A DNA stretch of 64,000 nucleotides, from positions 164,781 to 228,780 of the forward strand of contig CAZUBI010000001.1 of NCBI GenBank assembly GCA_964618625.1. Reading direction: 5' to 3'. The DNA is from an uncultured Candidatus Saccharibacteria bacterium (GTDB lineage: Bacteria > Patescibacteriota > Minisyncoccia > UBA6257). Both the position numbers and the translations under genes were made by a program. A model generated the notes under the pieces. It did no database searches. It saw nothing but the letters and a program-made list of their open reading frames with translations, and was not told the origin of the DNA. Within the stretch, counting starts at the first letter, position 1. Each line of letters begins with the position of its first letter. This document shows positions 17,915 to 26,320 of the stretch, piece by piece.

Positions 17915-18697
17915 GGGCAATTTTGAAGGTTGAATCTCTAAACGGTTTATTAAAAAATTACCAGATTCGAATTGTTCTTTTTGATTTTGATTTAAAGAAT
18001 TTTCTAAATATCCCAAAAGGTTATCCAAAATCTGTTTGCTATCTCCAACTAGTTGGTGATAGCTGTCAGAATTTCTAAGATCATTAAAATCCCATAAGGC
18101 TCTAAGCCCATTTTTAAAATTAGCCTTAAGAACAGTAATTATTTCTTCTATATGATTTTTTGCTTCTCCGATGTTTTCCGCAATTAAATATCTGATGGTT
18201 CTAAGGTAATAAAAAATTATTTGATTTTCAGGATCTAATAAGGTTTTTTGGAAAATACCCATCATTTGAATACTATTTATTGTTTCATCAAAATTATGGA
18301 AGTCTTTTATAAGTAAGTAAGCCTCTAAAAGTTCTAAGGTGGTATTAGAATCTGGTTTAATATATGAGGCTTCTTTTAACCTATTTATGGCGCTAATATA
18401 GTTTCTCGTTTTAATATGGCTCCTTCCATCCTGTTCTAATCTTTCAAATCTATTCTCTATTAGTTGCTTAAAAACAAGCCAAATAGAAAATATCGCGAAA
18501 ACTAAAATGCCTATTTGGGTTAAAAAATTCAAAAACCCAAATAACAAATTCAAGTCTTCTGCCATATCTAATCTCCGAATCATAGAAATTCCAAATATTA
18601 CCAAAATTAAAGTTCCTACCACGACCGTAGTCCAAAATCTTATATTAAAGGATGGAAACTTAAATATTTTTTCCCAAAATGTTTTTTTGTTATTCAT
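17894..18697 (-). CDS. membrane protein with cytoplasmic helical domain
   Basis: 267 aa; 2-3 N-terminal TM helices; C-terminus NQKVKN* is read from the junction repeat. Confidence 0.55.
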   Translation of the reverse strand: MNNKKTFWEKIFKFPSFNIRFWTTVVVGTLILVIFGISMIRRLDMAEDLNLLFGFLNFLTQIGILVFAIFSIWLVFKQLIENRFERLEQDGRSHIKTRNYISAINRLKEASYIKPDSNTTLELLEAYLLIKDFHNFDETINSIQMMGIFQKTLLDPENQIIFYYLRTIRYLIAENIGEAKNHIEEIITVLKANFKNGLRALWDFNDLRNSDSYHQLVGDSKQILDNLLGYLENSLNQNQKEQFESGNFLINRLEIQPSKLPNQKVKN

Positions 18698-18748
18698 ATT
18701 CTCTTAATCCTTTTGTTCGTTAAGATAATTTAAGCATTAAAGTCAAAT

Positions 18749-19039
18749 CTAAATTATTTTCTTTTTAAATTCTCTCATTTTTTTTCTTTCTGCATACTCC
18801 TTGAATGCTACCTGTTGTCCTTTGTCTTTTTCGTTTGTTTCCTTGGTCTCAACTTCGCCAATAATCTCTTCTTTACCTTTTTTTGCAATCCAATCAGGAA
18901 CATATCCCTTTATCTTTTTCGGCTTGTCATAGCCTGGAAGATCGGCTTTTACTTTATATCCTTGACCTTCATACCATTTAACACTTCTTAAAACTGCTTC
19001 ATCGTGTTGTTTTTGACCAATTTTGGTTCTTTTTTTCAT
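18749..19039 (-). CDS. small basic hypothetical protein
   Basis: 96 aa, Lys-rich; 2 bp downstream of the AIPR-like gene. Confidence 0.45.
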   Translation of the reverse strand: MKKRTKIGQKQHDEAVLRSVKWYEGQGYKVKADLPGYDKPKKIKGYVPDWIAKKGKEEIIGEVETKETNEKDKGQQVAFKEYAERKKMREFKKKII

Positions 19040-19041
19040 AA

Positions 19042-20670
19042 TTATTTTTCAATTAATTTTTCTACTACTTTCCAAGTTGCTTCATTTTTAAAAATATTAT
19101 TATAACTATATTCTTTGCCTTCCTTTTTTCTTATTATCTTAGCCGCTTTTTTGCAAAAATTAACAGCCTTTTTAAAACTTTGCACTTCTTTTTTATCGTA
19201 GTTATATAAAAAAGTCATAATATGAAAATTAGCATGATCTAAAAATGCTCTTTTGTTCTTATTATTGACGCCTTTTAATATCTTCTTCTCTCTTTTTATT
19301 TCTTCTTGTACAAAGATACAATAATCACAAATCTTTGTTATTTCATCTATTTTTAATTCTTCCTCGTTAAAAATCTCTTTGTATATTGATTTATCCCCTT
19401 TTATTATGTCAAATAGATCCTTTTTAGAAGATTTAGCTTTAGCTGGTTTCATATATTTACAAGAATAAATCCACTGCCCTAAATCAGTAATCAATATTTT
19501 GTCCTTAATTCCTGGCTTCTTTTTCCTTTGATATGAATAACCTTCTAGATTCAATATTTCTTCTAGCGTTTTTTGAATGAAATCATTTGTCCTAAGATCC
19601 CACTTATCTATTTTTCTTTGAGTATTAGTAGATTGGCAAACCGAATTTATCTCATTTTCATCCTCTGCCTCAAAAAGTCTAGTCAAAATCATAATTTTTT
19701 TACAGTCGCCTGCTAAAATTTCCTTATTTTGATACATATTATAAAGAGTACTTAATGATTGACATCCGTTTATAATTTGAGGATTGATAACATTAAAAAC
19801 ATATTTATCACTTATTTGTTTCAAATTCTTGCAGCTGACAGTAATACCATTATGAAAAAGATAAAATTTATTTTTTCGTTCTAAAATTGTATTTTTGAAA
19901 CTAAATTTTAGGCTTTTATCATTTTGATTAACTCTAATATTATCTTCAAAAATATTATATTTTTCATCATCTGCTTTTTCAAACATATCTAATAGTTTAA
20001 TCAATAAAACTTTACCAATAACAATACGATTTTTTTTATCATAAAAAGAACTATTATCTTGAAATTCTATCCTATCTAAAAAGTTAATCTTTTTCGAATA
20101 ATTAATATCTACTTTGACCAAATCTCTTAAATTAAGTAATTTCAATTCTACTCCTGTGTAATTATTGAGATGTGATTCTAGATTTTTTTTTAATTTATTC
20201 TCCGCATTCTTTTTGTCTGAATATCTTATTATGTTTAAATATATTTTATAATTTCCTTTTAAAAATCTTTTCCTTGCTTCCTTAATCTTCTTTGCCGCCA
20301 AAGGATTTAAATTATGCAAAGAAGTATTTGGATTGAAAAAATTCCTTTTTAATTCTTCTAAAAAACCATTAAGAATACTCTGACGATCAAATCCCTCGCT
20401 TTTAACATCTAAAATATTAATCTGCTTTTTTGCCTTGTTTACAACTATCGCATCAACCCCTCCATCCTTTTTTCCATCCGTAATCAATTCTTTATTATAT
20501 ATTTCATCATTATTAAAGCCAAAAAGTATTTTTATAATAGTTATGATCGCAGCATAAGCGTTTTCGCTCGAGCCCTTCATAGAATAATGTTCTCGATTGT
20601 GACTGAAAATCTTTTTAGCTAATTTAAAATCTTGATTTATTCTCCTTTCTATATATTCTTTTAAAAGCAT
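19042..20670 (-). CDS. AIPR-family (abortive infection phage resistance) protein
   Basis: 542 aa; N-terminal ITDGKKDGGVDAIVV block resembles the AIPR DG..DGGIDA signature; C-terminus EKLIEK* overlaps a junction-repeat copy. Confidence 0.6.
   Translation of the reverse strand: MLLKEYIERRINQDFKLAKKIFSHNREHYSMKGSSENAYAAIITIIKILFGFNNDEIYNKELITDGKKDGGVDAIVVNKAKKQINILDVKSEGFDRQSILNGFLEELKRNFFNPNTSLHNLNPLAAKKIKEARKRFLKGNYKIYLNIIRYSDKKNAENKLKKNLESHLNNYTGVELKLLNLRDLVKVDINYSKKINFLDRIEFQDNSSFYDKKNRIVIGKVLLIKLLDMFEKADDEKYNIFEDNIRVNQNDKSLKFSFKNTILERKNKFYLFHNGITVSCKNLKQISDKYVFNVINPQIINGCQSLSTLYNMYQNKEILAGDCKKIMILTRLFEAEDENEINSVCQSTNTQRKIDKWDLRTNDFIQKTLEEILNLEGYSYQRKKKPGIKDKILITDLGQWIYSCKYMKPAKAKSSKKDLFDIIKGDKSIYKEIFNEEELKIDEITKICDYCIFVQEEIKREKKILKGVNNKNKRAFLDHANFHIMTFLYNYDKKEVQSFKKAVNFCKKAAKIIRKKEGKEYSYNNIFKNEATWKVVEKLIEK
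19046..19065. repeat. junction repeat (CTAC subtype; inside the AIPR-like ORF 3' end)
   Basis: TTTTCAATTAATTTTTCTAC. Confidence 0.75.
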
Positions 20671-20721
20671 GTGTGATGAAATATTATATTTATCTATAGT
20701 GTTTTACTATATTTTATCAAT

Positions 20722-21492
20722 TTATTTCTCTAAAATCCGAAATTTCCCTGATTTTACTAATTTGATACTGTTATAATTTTTTGGATTCTCAAATTCAAAC
20801 TGCCAAATTGAATAGAGATCCTCACCGTGTGCTTTATCAAAAAATAAAGTAATTACTTTTTTTCTTATCTGCTCTTGCCATTGCCTAAAAGGATAGTAAA
20901 GCTGACGAATAATTACATTTGCTGCACTAAAGTTCTTTGCTTCAATTAATACAACCTGCTTCTTACCTTCATACCCAGCATCAACTTCAGTTTGTACACT
21001 TGAAACTTTAATTTTTTGTTTGCCAACTCTAAAGTCAAAGCTAGGTGTATATTTTCTACCTCGTATTGTAAGAACAAGCGAAGGATCATTCATAAAAGTA
21101 CGAATCAAACTTGAGGCATAAGCATAATCAAGATGCTGCATTTCTGAATTACCGATTCTTGCAGTATCTAATTGAAAATCTAATTTTGAGGAATAAATTG
21201 ACACTTCTTTTTTAATTTCTGGAATATCAACATAACCTTCTCCTTTAATAATATTATAATATCCATTTTTTACAGGAAGTAAAAATAAATTATGCTTTTG
21301 AAAAATGTCTGGTCTATCCTTTCGTCTGTCCTGCTTGCACAAAATACGAACCTCTTTTTTACCTGTTTCTTTAAACCTTTGACAAGCCTGCTTTATCTGT
21401 TTTGCAGAAAGTAAAAACGGTGATTTATCAAAATCATGATCTAAGATTTTATAATCATCAAATATCTTTTTCCAAGATTTACTATTTGCCAT
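20722..21492 (-). CDS. type II restriction endonuclease (putative)
   Basis: 256 aa; immediately downstream of the methyltransferase (15 bp gap); D..EGKKQVVLIEAK PD-(D/E)xK-like block. Confidence 0.55.
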   Translation of the reverse strand: MANSKSWKKIFDDYKILDHDFDKSPFLLSAKQIKQACQRFKETGKKEVRILCKQDRRKDRPDIFQKHNLFLLPVKNGYYNIIKGEGYVDIPEIKKEVSIYSSKLDFQLDTARIGNSEMQHLDYAYASSLIRTFMNDPSLVLTIRGRKYTPSFDFRVGKQKIKVSSVQTEVDAGYEGKKQVVLIEAKNFSAANVIIRQLYYPFRQWQEQIRKKVITLFFDKAHGEDLYSIWQFEFENPKNYNSIKLVKSGKFRILEK

Positions 21493-21507
21493 AATATCAA
21501 AAACAAT

Positions 21508-22464
21508 TTATTTTTTAAGACTATGATTTAATTTTTTAAAACGCTTTATTGATAAATCTAAATATTTTTTTTCTGTATCAATACCTACAAATTTTCTATT
21601 GTTAAAACATGCAGCTAAACCTGTCGTCGAACTACCTGTAAAAGGATCTAAAATAATATTGCCTTTATTTGTGCTTGCTAATACTATTCTTTTAAGTAAT
21701 TCAAGCGGCTTTTGGGTTGGATGTTTTCCAAATACTTTTTCTTCCTTTTTAGGAGTTGTTATAGCCCATACAGAACGCATTTGTTTCCCTTTCTTATGCA
21801 TTGGCTCTATAAACTCATCATTCTGACAACGAATCTTATAATTATTATCCCAATCTCGCATTAGTTTATAATTAAAAGTGTGTTTTACTTTTTTATATTT
21901 TCGCGCCCATAAAATTGTTTCATGGCTAGCTGTGAAATAACGACAACTTAAATTGGGTGAAGCATTTGGCTTAAACCATGAAATATCATTTAGTATATGA
22001 AAGCCGGCAACTTGTAAAGCAAACCCACATTGATAAATAGAATGATAAGTTCCGCTAATCCAAATTGTTCCGTTTGGTTTTAATACACGCCTGCATGCTT
22101 TAATCCACTCCAAATAAAATTCAAAATCCTTTTTTAATCCATTGCTTTTATCCCATTTACCTTTATTTACACTTACACGTTTCCCAGCATGAACCGTAAA
22201 TCCTCCGTTAGAAAGCAAATAAGGAGGGTCGGCAAATATCATATCAATTGAATTTTCTGGCAATTGTTCTAGTATTTTTAGACAATCAGATCTATATAAC
22301 ACAAAATCGCCTTTGGAAAAATAAGGCTTTTGCTTGATAGAAAAAAGTATTTTCTTATTTATACTCATAAAGTTGTTTTCTATCTCCGGAACTAATATTT
22401 TTATCTTTTCGCATCTATAATTAAGATCTAATTGTATTAAATTTTGTTTGTTACGGTGGGGCAT
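21508..22464 (-). CDS. DNA methyltransferase, beta-class amino-MTase (N6-adenine or N4-cytosine)
   Basis: 318 aa; motif IV DPPY (IFADPPYLL) precedes motif I FTGSSTTG near the C-terminus, which is the beta-class order. Confidence 0.85.
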   Translation of the reverse strand: MPHRNKQNLIQLDLNYRCEKIKILVPEIENNFMSINKKILFSIKQKPYFSKGDFVLYRSDCLKILEQLPENSIDMIFADPPYLLSNGGFTVHAGKRVSVNKGKWDKSNGLKKDFEFYLEWIKACRRVLKPNGTIWISGTYHSIYQCGFALQVAGFHILNDISWFKPNASPNLSCRYFTASHETILWARKYKKVKHTFNYKLMRDWDNNYKIRCQNDEFIEPMHKKGKQMRSVWAITTPKKEEKVFGKHPTQKPLELLKRIVLASTNKGNIILDPFTGSSTTGLAACFNNRKFVGIDTEKKYLDLSIKRFKKLNHSLKK

Positions 22465-22505
22465 AGTTTTAAATTGTTATATTGTTAAATTATTGATTGC
22501 TATGT

Positions 22506-22694
22506 TTATTTTTTTGGCTTCCAATCACTAATTGTAATTGTTTTCTTTTTTTCGTTTATTTTAAGTTCAACTTTCTGTCTTTCTCTCCAGCGCCATTTTC
22601 GAATAATATCTATAGGCAAAGTAACAGCATAGCTTTTTTTGCCTACTTTTGTAATTTTTCTAATATTTTTTTCTTTAATTTTTCTCCTTGGCAT
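22506..22694 (-). CDS. AbrB/SpoVT/MazE-family small DNA-binding protein (controller-like)
   Basis: 62 aa; KVGKKSYAVTLPIDIIRKW..ELKINEKKKTITI swapped-hairpin pattern; three ATTACGTAAT palindromes in its own leader. Confidence 0.65.
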   Translation of the reverse strand: MPRRKIKEKNIRKITKVGKKSYAVTLPIDIIRKWRWRERQKVELKINEKKKTITISDWKPKK

Positions 22695-22703
22695 TTTGAT
22701 TGT

Positions 22704-22745
22704 TTACGTAATATATTACGTAATTTATTACGTAATCCTATTATA
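22704..22745 (-). promoter_or_regulatory. promoter -10 (TATAAT) plus three tandem ATTACGTAAT palindromic operator boxes, 12-bp period
   Basis: Minus-strand reading: GGTATAATAGG ATTACGTAAT AA ATTACGTAAT AT ATTACGTAA ACAATCAAA ATG. Confidence 0.6.
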
Positions 22746-22814
22746 CCATTTTTTGTTTCAACCAACTATTATATATAGTACCCCTGTTATAAGATATTTT
22801 CAAACCCCAAAAAA

Positions 22815-22895
22815 TAACAAAAAAAGCCCTTAATTAGGCTTAAGATTTTGAAATGGTTCAGGAGGAGTAAGTAATTTATTACTTATTCCTCCTGA
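22815..22895 (-). terminator. conserved 3' element T1 (large GGAGG-containing hairpin, then AAGCC..GGGCTT hairpin plus U-tract)
   Basis: AAAAAAGCCCTTAATTAGGCTTAAGATTTTGAAATGGTTCAGGAGGAGTAAGTAATTTATTACTTATTCCTCC; similar copies at 23945-24015 and 27052-27145. Confidence 0.6.
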
Positions 22896-22901
22896 TATAC
22901 T

Positions 22902-23801
22902 TCAAATAACATAATATGTACTACGACAATGATAGTCATAGCACTTTTTCATTACCGCTTTAATAGCAGAATGAAAACATGACAATATTCCCGGTAATTC
23001 ATTCGGTTGCCCAGACCATATTTCTTTTTGCTCTATCCAGCATCTATTTCTCTTTTGAACTATAGAACATTGAATTAGATAAATTTTCTCTCCGTGATAA
23101 CCCTGACTACCTCTAGCAAGTACCGCAACTTGTGGAATCGAGAAATAGGCATGAATGCCATTAGACAAACTGCCACTTTTCGGTACCCAATATGGACGAA
23201 AAGCTTGTCCTCTTCTCCCACAAATAATTGTGGCACTCCCTCCGCTTGCCGTACTACCTCCTTCTTCAACCAATTCCATGCGAAGTTGCATATTGATTGA
23301 ATTAGGAATTAAAAACTTTGGTTTTTCCACTGCCTCTTTTTCCATCATCTTTTTATTCCTGTACCAATCTGCATATTCTCTTATAACGGTTGGTACATCT
23401 TGAGTCTTTAATTTCATCTCCTTTAAGGAATACCATGTTGTATAACGATCTCTACGATTATATCCTTTTTCATAAATCCATTGACTTGACCCAATAAGAA
23501 ATCTAAATTTCTCTTTAATCCCCCCTCTATCTTGATTTGCAACTTCAATAGTTCGAATAAAAAATAGTATATCATGGTAAAAATCCTTATCCCATCCCGA
23601 TTTATCCGGATCTTCTGGTTTTTCTTGTTCAAATCTTCCCTCTATTTCTGCGAGTTCAAGTGAATCAACTTTTTTAAGATTTATAACAATTCCTCCTCTA
23701 ACAATACGAGAATTGAATCCCTTATTTGTAAGAGATTCTTCCAAATCTTGATGTTCACCATAATGAAATCCGCTAATTTTGATTTCTTTTATTTCTCTCA
23801 T
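22902..23801 (-). CDS. hypothetical protein (module a cargo)
   Basis: ORF-track frame 22902-23867; likely start at MREIKEIK (ATG 23801), which is preceded by AAGGAG SD; the upstream codons in the track belong to the conserved leader. Confidence 0.6.
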   Translation of the reverse strand: MREIKEIKISGFHYGEHQDLEESLTNKGFNSRIVRGGIVINLKKVDSLELAEIEGRFEQEKPEDPDKSGWDKDFYHDILFFIRTIEVANQDRGGIKEKFRFLIGSSQWIYEKGYNRRDRYTTWYSLKEMKLKTQDVPTVIREYADWYRNKKMMEKEAVEKPKFLIPNSINMQLRMELVEEGGSTASGGSATIICGRRGQAFRPYWVPKSGSLSNGIHAYFSIPQVAVLARGSQGYHGEKIYLIQCSIVQKRNRCWIEQKEIWSGQPNELPGILSCFHSAIKAVMKKCYDYHCRSTYYVI

Positions 23802-23930
23802 TTCTTTCTCCTTTGTTCCCTTGCCTGTCATTACCAGATCAGGACTTGTGGAAACTAAAATTATCAAAGAACAGGCTAGTATCTAGCTTTATGCTAACAT
23901 ATTGGTGCTTAATCGTCAAGTATATAAATA
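23802..23930 (-). promoter_or_regulatory. conserved promoter plus 5' leader (module a)
   Basis: Leader CCTGATCTGGTAATGACAGGCAAGGGAACAAAGGAG shared with modules b and c; upstream TGTTCTTTGATAATTTTA block and TTGACG -35-like element. Confidence 0.5.
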
Positions 23931-23944
23931 ATGCCCCCGGCAAT

Positions 23945-24015
23945 AAAAAAAAGCCCTTAATTGGGCTTAAAGTTTTGGAAGGAGTAAGTATTTATTGCTT
24001 ACCCCTTCCGTTTTT
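23945..24015 (-). terminator. conserved 3' element T2
   Basis: AAAAAAAAGCCCTTAATTGGGCTTAAAGTTTTGGAAGGAGTAAGTATTTATTGCTTACCCCTTCC; hairpin plus T-run on the minus strand. Confidence 0.6.
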
Positions 24016-24023
24016 ATAATCTT

Positions 24024-24518
24024 TTATCTATATATTCCTTTCAGTGTGCAACCATAAAGATTAAACTCTATGCTTCTTATATCTCGATAAATATAAGTCG
24101 GGACTCGTACTTCTTTCTTACCAATTTTTATCCAAATACCATTATCCTTAATTTCAAAGGGAATATTCCTCTTAGTGTTTAAAAAATATAGTTCAACTAA
24201 TCTCTTCTTCTTCTTCTTTTGCTGTAGTTGATAATCCTTCATTATCTCAAAACAAATTTTCCAAGATGCCACTATTTCTTCTCCGCAGCTCTCTTCTTCA
24301 CAATTAATAGTAATCTCTTCTTCTTCTCCTGAAAAAAGAACTTCCTTTTCTAATCTCTTTTCTATCATTTTTCTTACAAAATCTTTGCTGGGAACACTTA
24401 TATCATCAACGTATTCTGCTGTCTGATCTAATGGAATACAAAACCCATTAATATACAAACCCTCTAAATTTGAAGAAATAAGCTTGACCTCTCCCCACAA
24501 TGTTTTAATTCTTGCCAT
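24024..24518 (-). CDS. hypothetical protein (module b, second gene)
   Basis: 164 aa; Glu-rich and Cys-containing; 38 bp downstream of module b gene 1. Confidence 0.55.
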   Translation of the reverse strand: MARIKTLWGEVKLISSNLEGLYINGFCIPLDQTAEYVDDISVPSKDFVRKMIEKRLEKEVLFSGEEEEITINCEEESCGEEIVASWKICFEIMKDYQLQQKKKKKRLVELYFLNTKRNIPFEIKDNGIWIKIGKKEVRVPTYIYRDIRSIEFNLYGCTLKGIYR

Positions 24519-24556
24519 TTTCTTTCCTCCTCTTTTATTTTTTTATCATTTATTCA

Positions 24557-24919
24557 TTACTTTTTTACTTTCAAAACAGAATCTAATTCATTTAATATCA
24601 AAACTTTCATTCTATTAATTGTTTCTTTAAATCCTATCTTTAGGTCCTCCTTTTTTAGAAAATACTTTTTTACGGGTGTTCTGCACTCTAATAAGCTAGC
24701 AGAAATGAGGAAATATTTTCCAAGAAGCTCTAATTCAAAAATCATTCCTGTAGCAGACAATTTAAACTCTATCTCGTATCCAGCATCTTGCGTCCCATAT
24801 ATTTCAATGGAATCTTTCAATATTCCTTCACTTCCTTCACCAAAACTCTCAATTATATAATCAATCACCCATTTTACCTTAGACGGGATATATCCAATAC
24901 CACCAATTTTCATTTTCAT
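24557..24919 (-). CDS. hypothetical protein (module b, first gene)
   Basis: ORF-track frame 24557-24949; likely start MKMKIGG (ATG 24919), which is preceded by GGAGG SD. Confidence 0.55.
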   Translation of the reverse strand: MKMKIGGIGYIPSKVKWVIDYIIESFGEGSEGILKDSIEIYGTQDAGYEIEFKLSATGMIFELELLGKYFLISASLLECRTPVKKYFLKKEDLKIGFKETINRMKVLILNELDSVLKVKK

Positions 24920-25050
24920 CTCTTTCCTCCATATTACCTTGCCTGTCATAAGTGCATCAGGGCTTATCGGTTTTTTTCAAAAAACTATACTATTATCTTG
25001 TATAATAGTATATTAACAGTAGACTGTCAAGTATATAAAATCACTGGCAA
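24920..25050 (-). promoter_or_regulatory. conserved promoter plus 5' leader (module b); upstream terminator hairpin
   Basis: Minus-strand reading: TTGACA-gtctactgttaatatac-TATTAT, then leader ..CCCTGATGCACTTATGACAGGCAAGGTAATATGGAGGAAAGAG ATG; ACTGGCAAATTGCCAGT hairpin just upstream. Confidence 0.6.
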
Positions 25051-25113
25051 ATTGCCAGTTTAAGAGTTTAAAGGTTTAAAGATTAAGAGATCTTTCGTTA
25101 TTGCTCAGGATGA

Positions 25114-26127
25114 CTATGAGATTGCCAGAAAAATAGATCTAAATATTTTATCAACTTCTTCTTTATAGAGATAACCCTCCTTAGCAAGAGTACTTCTTAC
25201 GGGACTGATCTCCTTATCGACAAAGGTCTGATCTCCTATTTTGTAAGTCTCAGTTTTTGTCTTAAATTTTGTCAAAGAATCACAGGGAGTACTTGCTAAT
25301 GGAAAACTATTAACTACACGCAATAAAGTGCCTGACACAATAAAGCGTCCTACTCTTAGCATATCAAAAACTTTATTTCTATCTTTACTTTCTTTGATAT
25401 AAGAAACAACAGAACTCTTGTTCTTGCCTTCAAGAAATACAACATCAAATCCTTGATATTTCCCCTTGCGAATTTTAACGTCTTTGGGGAATTTATTCTT
25501 CACTTCTCCCATTGCCTTTTCCAACTCCTTAATCTGTTCTTTAGTTATATAATCCTTCATCACACCACTTTTAAAAAGTTCCCTCAGAGTAGTTTTATCA
25601 CTCATTCCTGGTATGCTCATTCCTGGAACAGAAGCGTCTAAAAAGCCCTGCGTTGGCACTAAACGACGGCTTTCCAGAATTTGTTTGGCTGTTTTCTCAT
25701 TAGCGAGTTCTGTGATAATAATAAAACCATGATAATCAAATTTTTCTGCCACAGGAGCAAGTAAATCATCTTGTTTCAAGCTTTCTATTGCCTCGCTGCT
25801 TTGCTCTTTCAACTTTTGCACTTTTTGGATGAGATCCGTCTGCCCAAATGCTTGAGCATACGATTCCAGCATTTGCTCACCTTCTTGTTGAGCTCTTTCC
25901 CATATCTTTGGACCGTGTGGACGTTCTGAACCAATTATAATCGTTTGGCTAGTTTCACTTTCTGCAAAAACTCTTGGATTGATAAAATTAAGGTCAGCAT
26001 TACGCCGAGGGTCAATATGACCGATTTTTACCTTAAATCTTGTTTCATCTGCCTGACGTAAGATTTCCTCCCATTGTTTGGTAAGAAGCCAACTTTTAGA
26101 CAATATTTTAGTTATTTTTACCCCCAT
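25114..26127 (-). CDS. hypothetical protein
   Basis: 337 aa ORF; no recognisable motif. Confidence 0.6.
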   Translation of the reverse strand: MGVKITKILSKSWLLTKQWEEILRQADETRFKVKIGHIDPRRNADLNFINPRVFAESETSQTIIIGSERPHGPKIWERAQQEGEQMLESYAQAFGQTDLIQKVQKLKEQSSEAIESLKQDDLLAPVAEKFDYHGFIIITELANEKTAKQILESRRLVPTQGFLDASVPGMSIPGMSDKTTLRELFKSGVMKDYITKEQIKELEKAMGEVKNKFPKDVKIRKGKYQGFDVVFLEGKNKSSVVSYIKESKDRNKVFDMLRVGRFIVSGTLLRVVNSFPLASTPCDSLTKFKTKTETYKIGDQTFVDKEISPVRSTLAKEGYLYKEEVDKIFRSIFLAIS

Positions 26128-26192
26128 TTTTATAATATTAATAGGATGAGAATAAATTGTTAATTTTTAAACAATCCCATTGTGGATAACTC

Positions 26193-26221
26193 TTGCTTGA
26201 CATAAGGTTTTTTGATATAAT
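26193..26221 (+). promoter_or_regulatory. sigma70-type promoter with extended -10
   Basis: TTGCTT, 17 bp spacer, then TGATATAAT (TGnTATAAT); no protein-coding gene lies downstream on the plus strand. Confidence 0.55.
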
Positions 26222-26227
26222 GCAGAT

Positions 26228-26314
26228 GGTGCTTGGAGGGCCTTGGCCCTGTCACGGCTATATCCAAGCTGTACCCAAGTACCACTAAAGAATACCGTAA
26301 AAACGGTATTTTTT
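26228..26314 (+). ncRNA. candidate small RNA (~85 nt)
   Basis: Own promoter; GC-rich structured body (GGTGCTTGG pairs with CCAAGTACC; internal AGGGCCTTGGCCCT hairpin); ends in ACCGTAAAAACGGT hairpin plus TTTTTT. Confidence 0.35.
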
Positions 26315-26320
26315 AGTTGT

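Noticed and set aside
2435-19065. Junction motif as a CRISPR array
   Set aside because: Copies are separated by 300-1800 bp, each separating sequence contains a full gene, spacing is irregular, and there are no cas genes. This is not CRISPR.
2435-19065. Junction motif as a plus-strand sigma70 promoter (TTGACC as the -35)
   Set aside because: There is no consistent -10 at 16-18 bp and no plus-strand genes lie downstream. On the coding (minus) strand the distance to the next ATG varies from 5 to 60 nt, which is inconsistent with a fixed promoter or RBS.
2435-19065. Junction motif as an XerC/D dif-like (pdif) site
   Set aside because: The length (~28 bp) fits, but I could not find the 11-6-11 imperfect-palindrome arm structure.
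26228-26314. Identification of the candidate sRNA as SRP (4.5S) RNA or a tRNA
   Set aside because: It lacks the conserved SRP domain IV motifs (GGAAGCAGC, GNRA context) and cannot be folded into a cloverleaf. It is left as an unclassified candidate.
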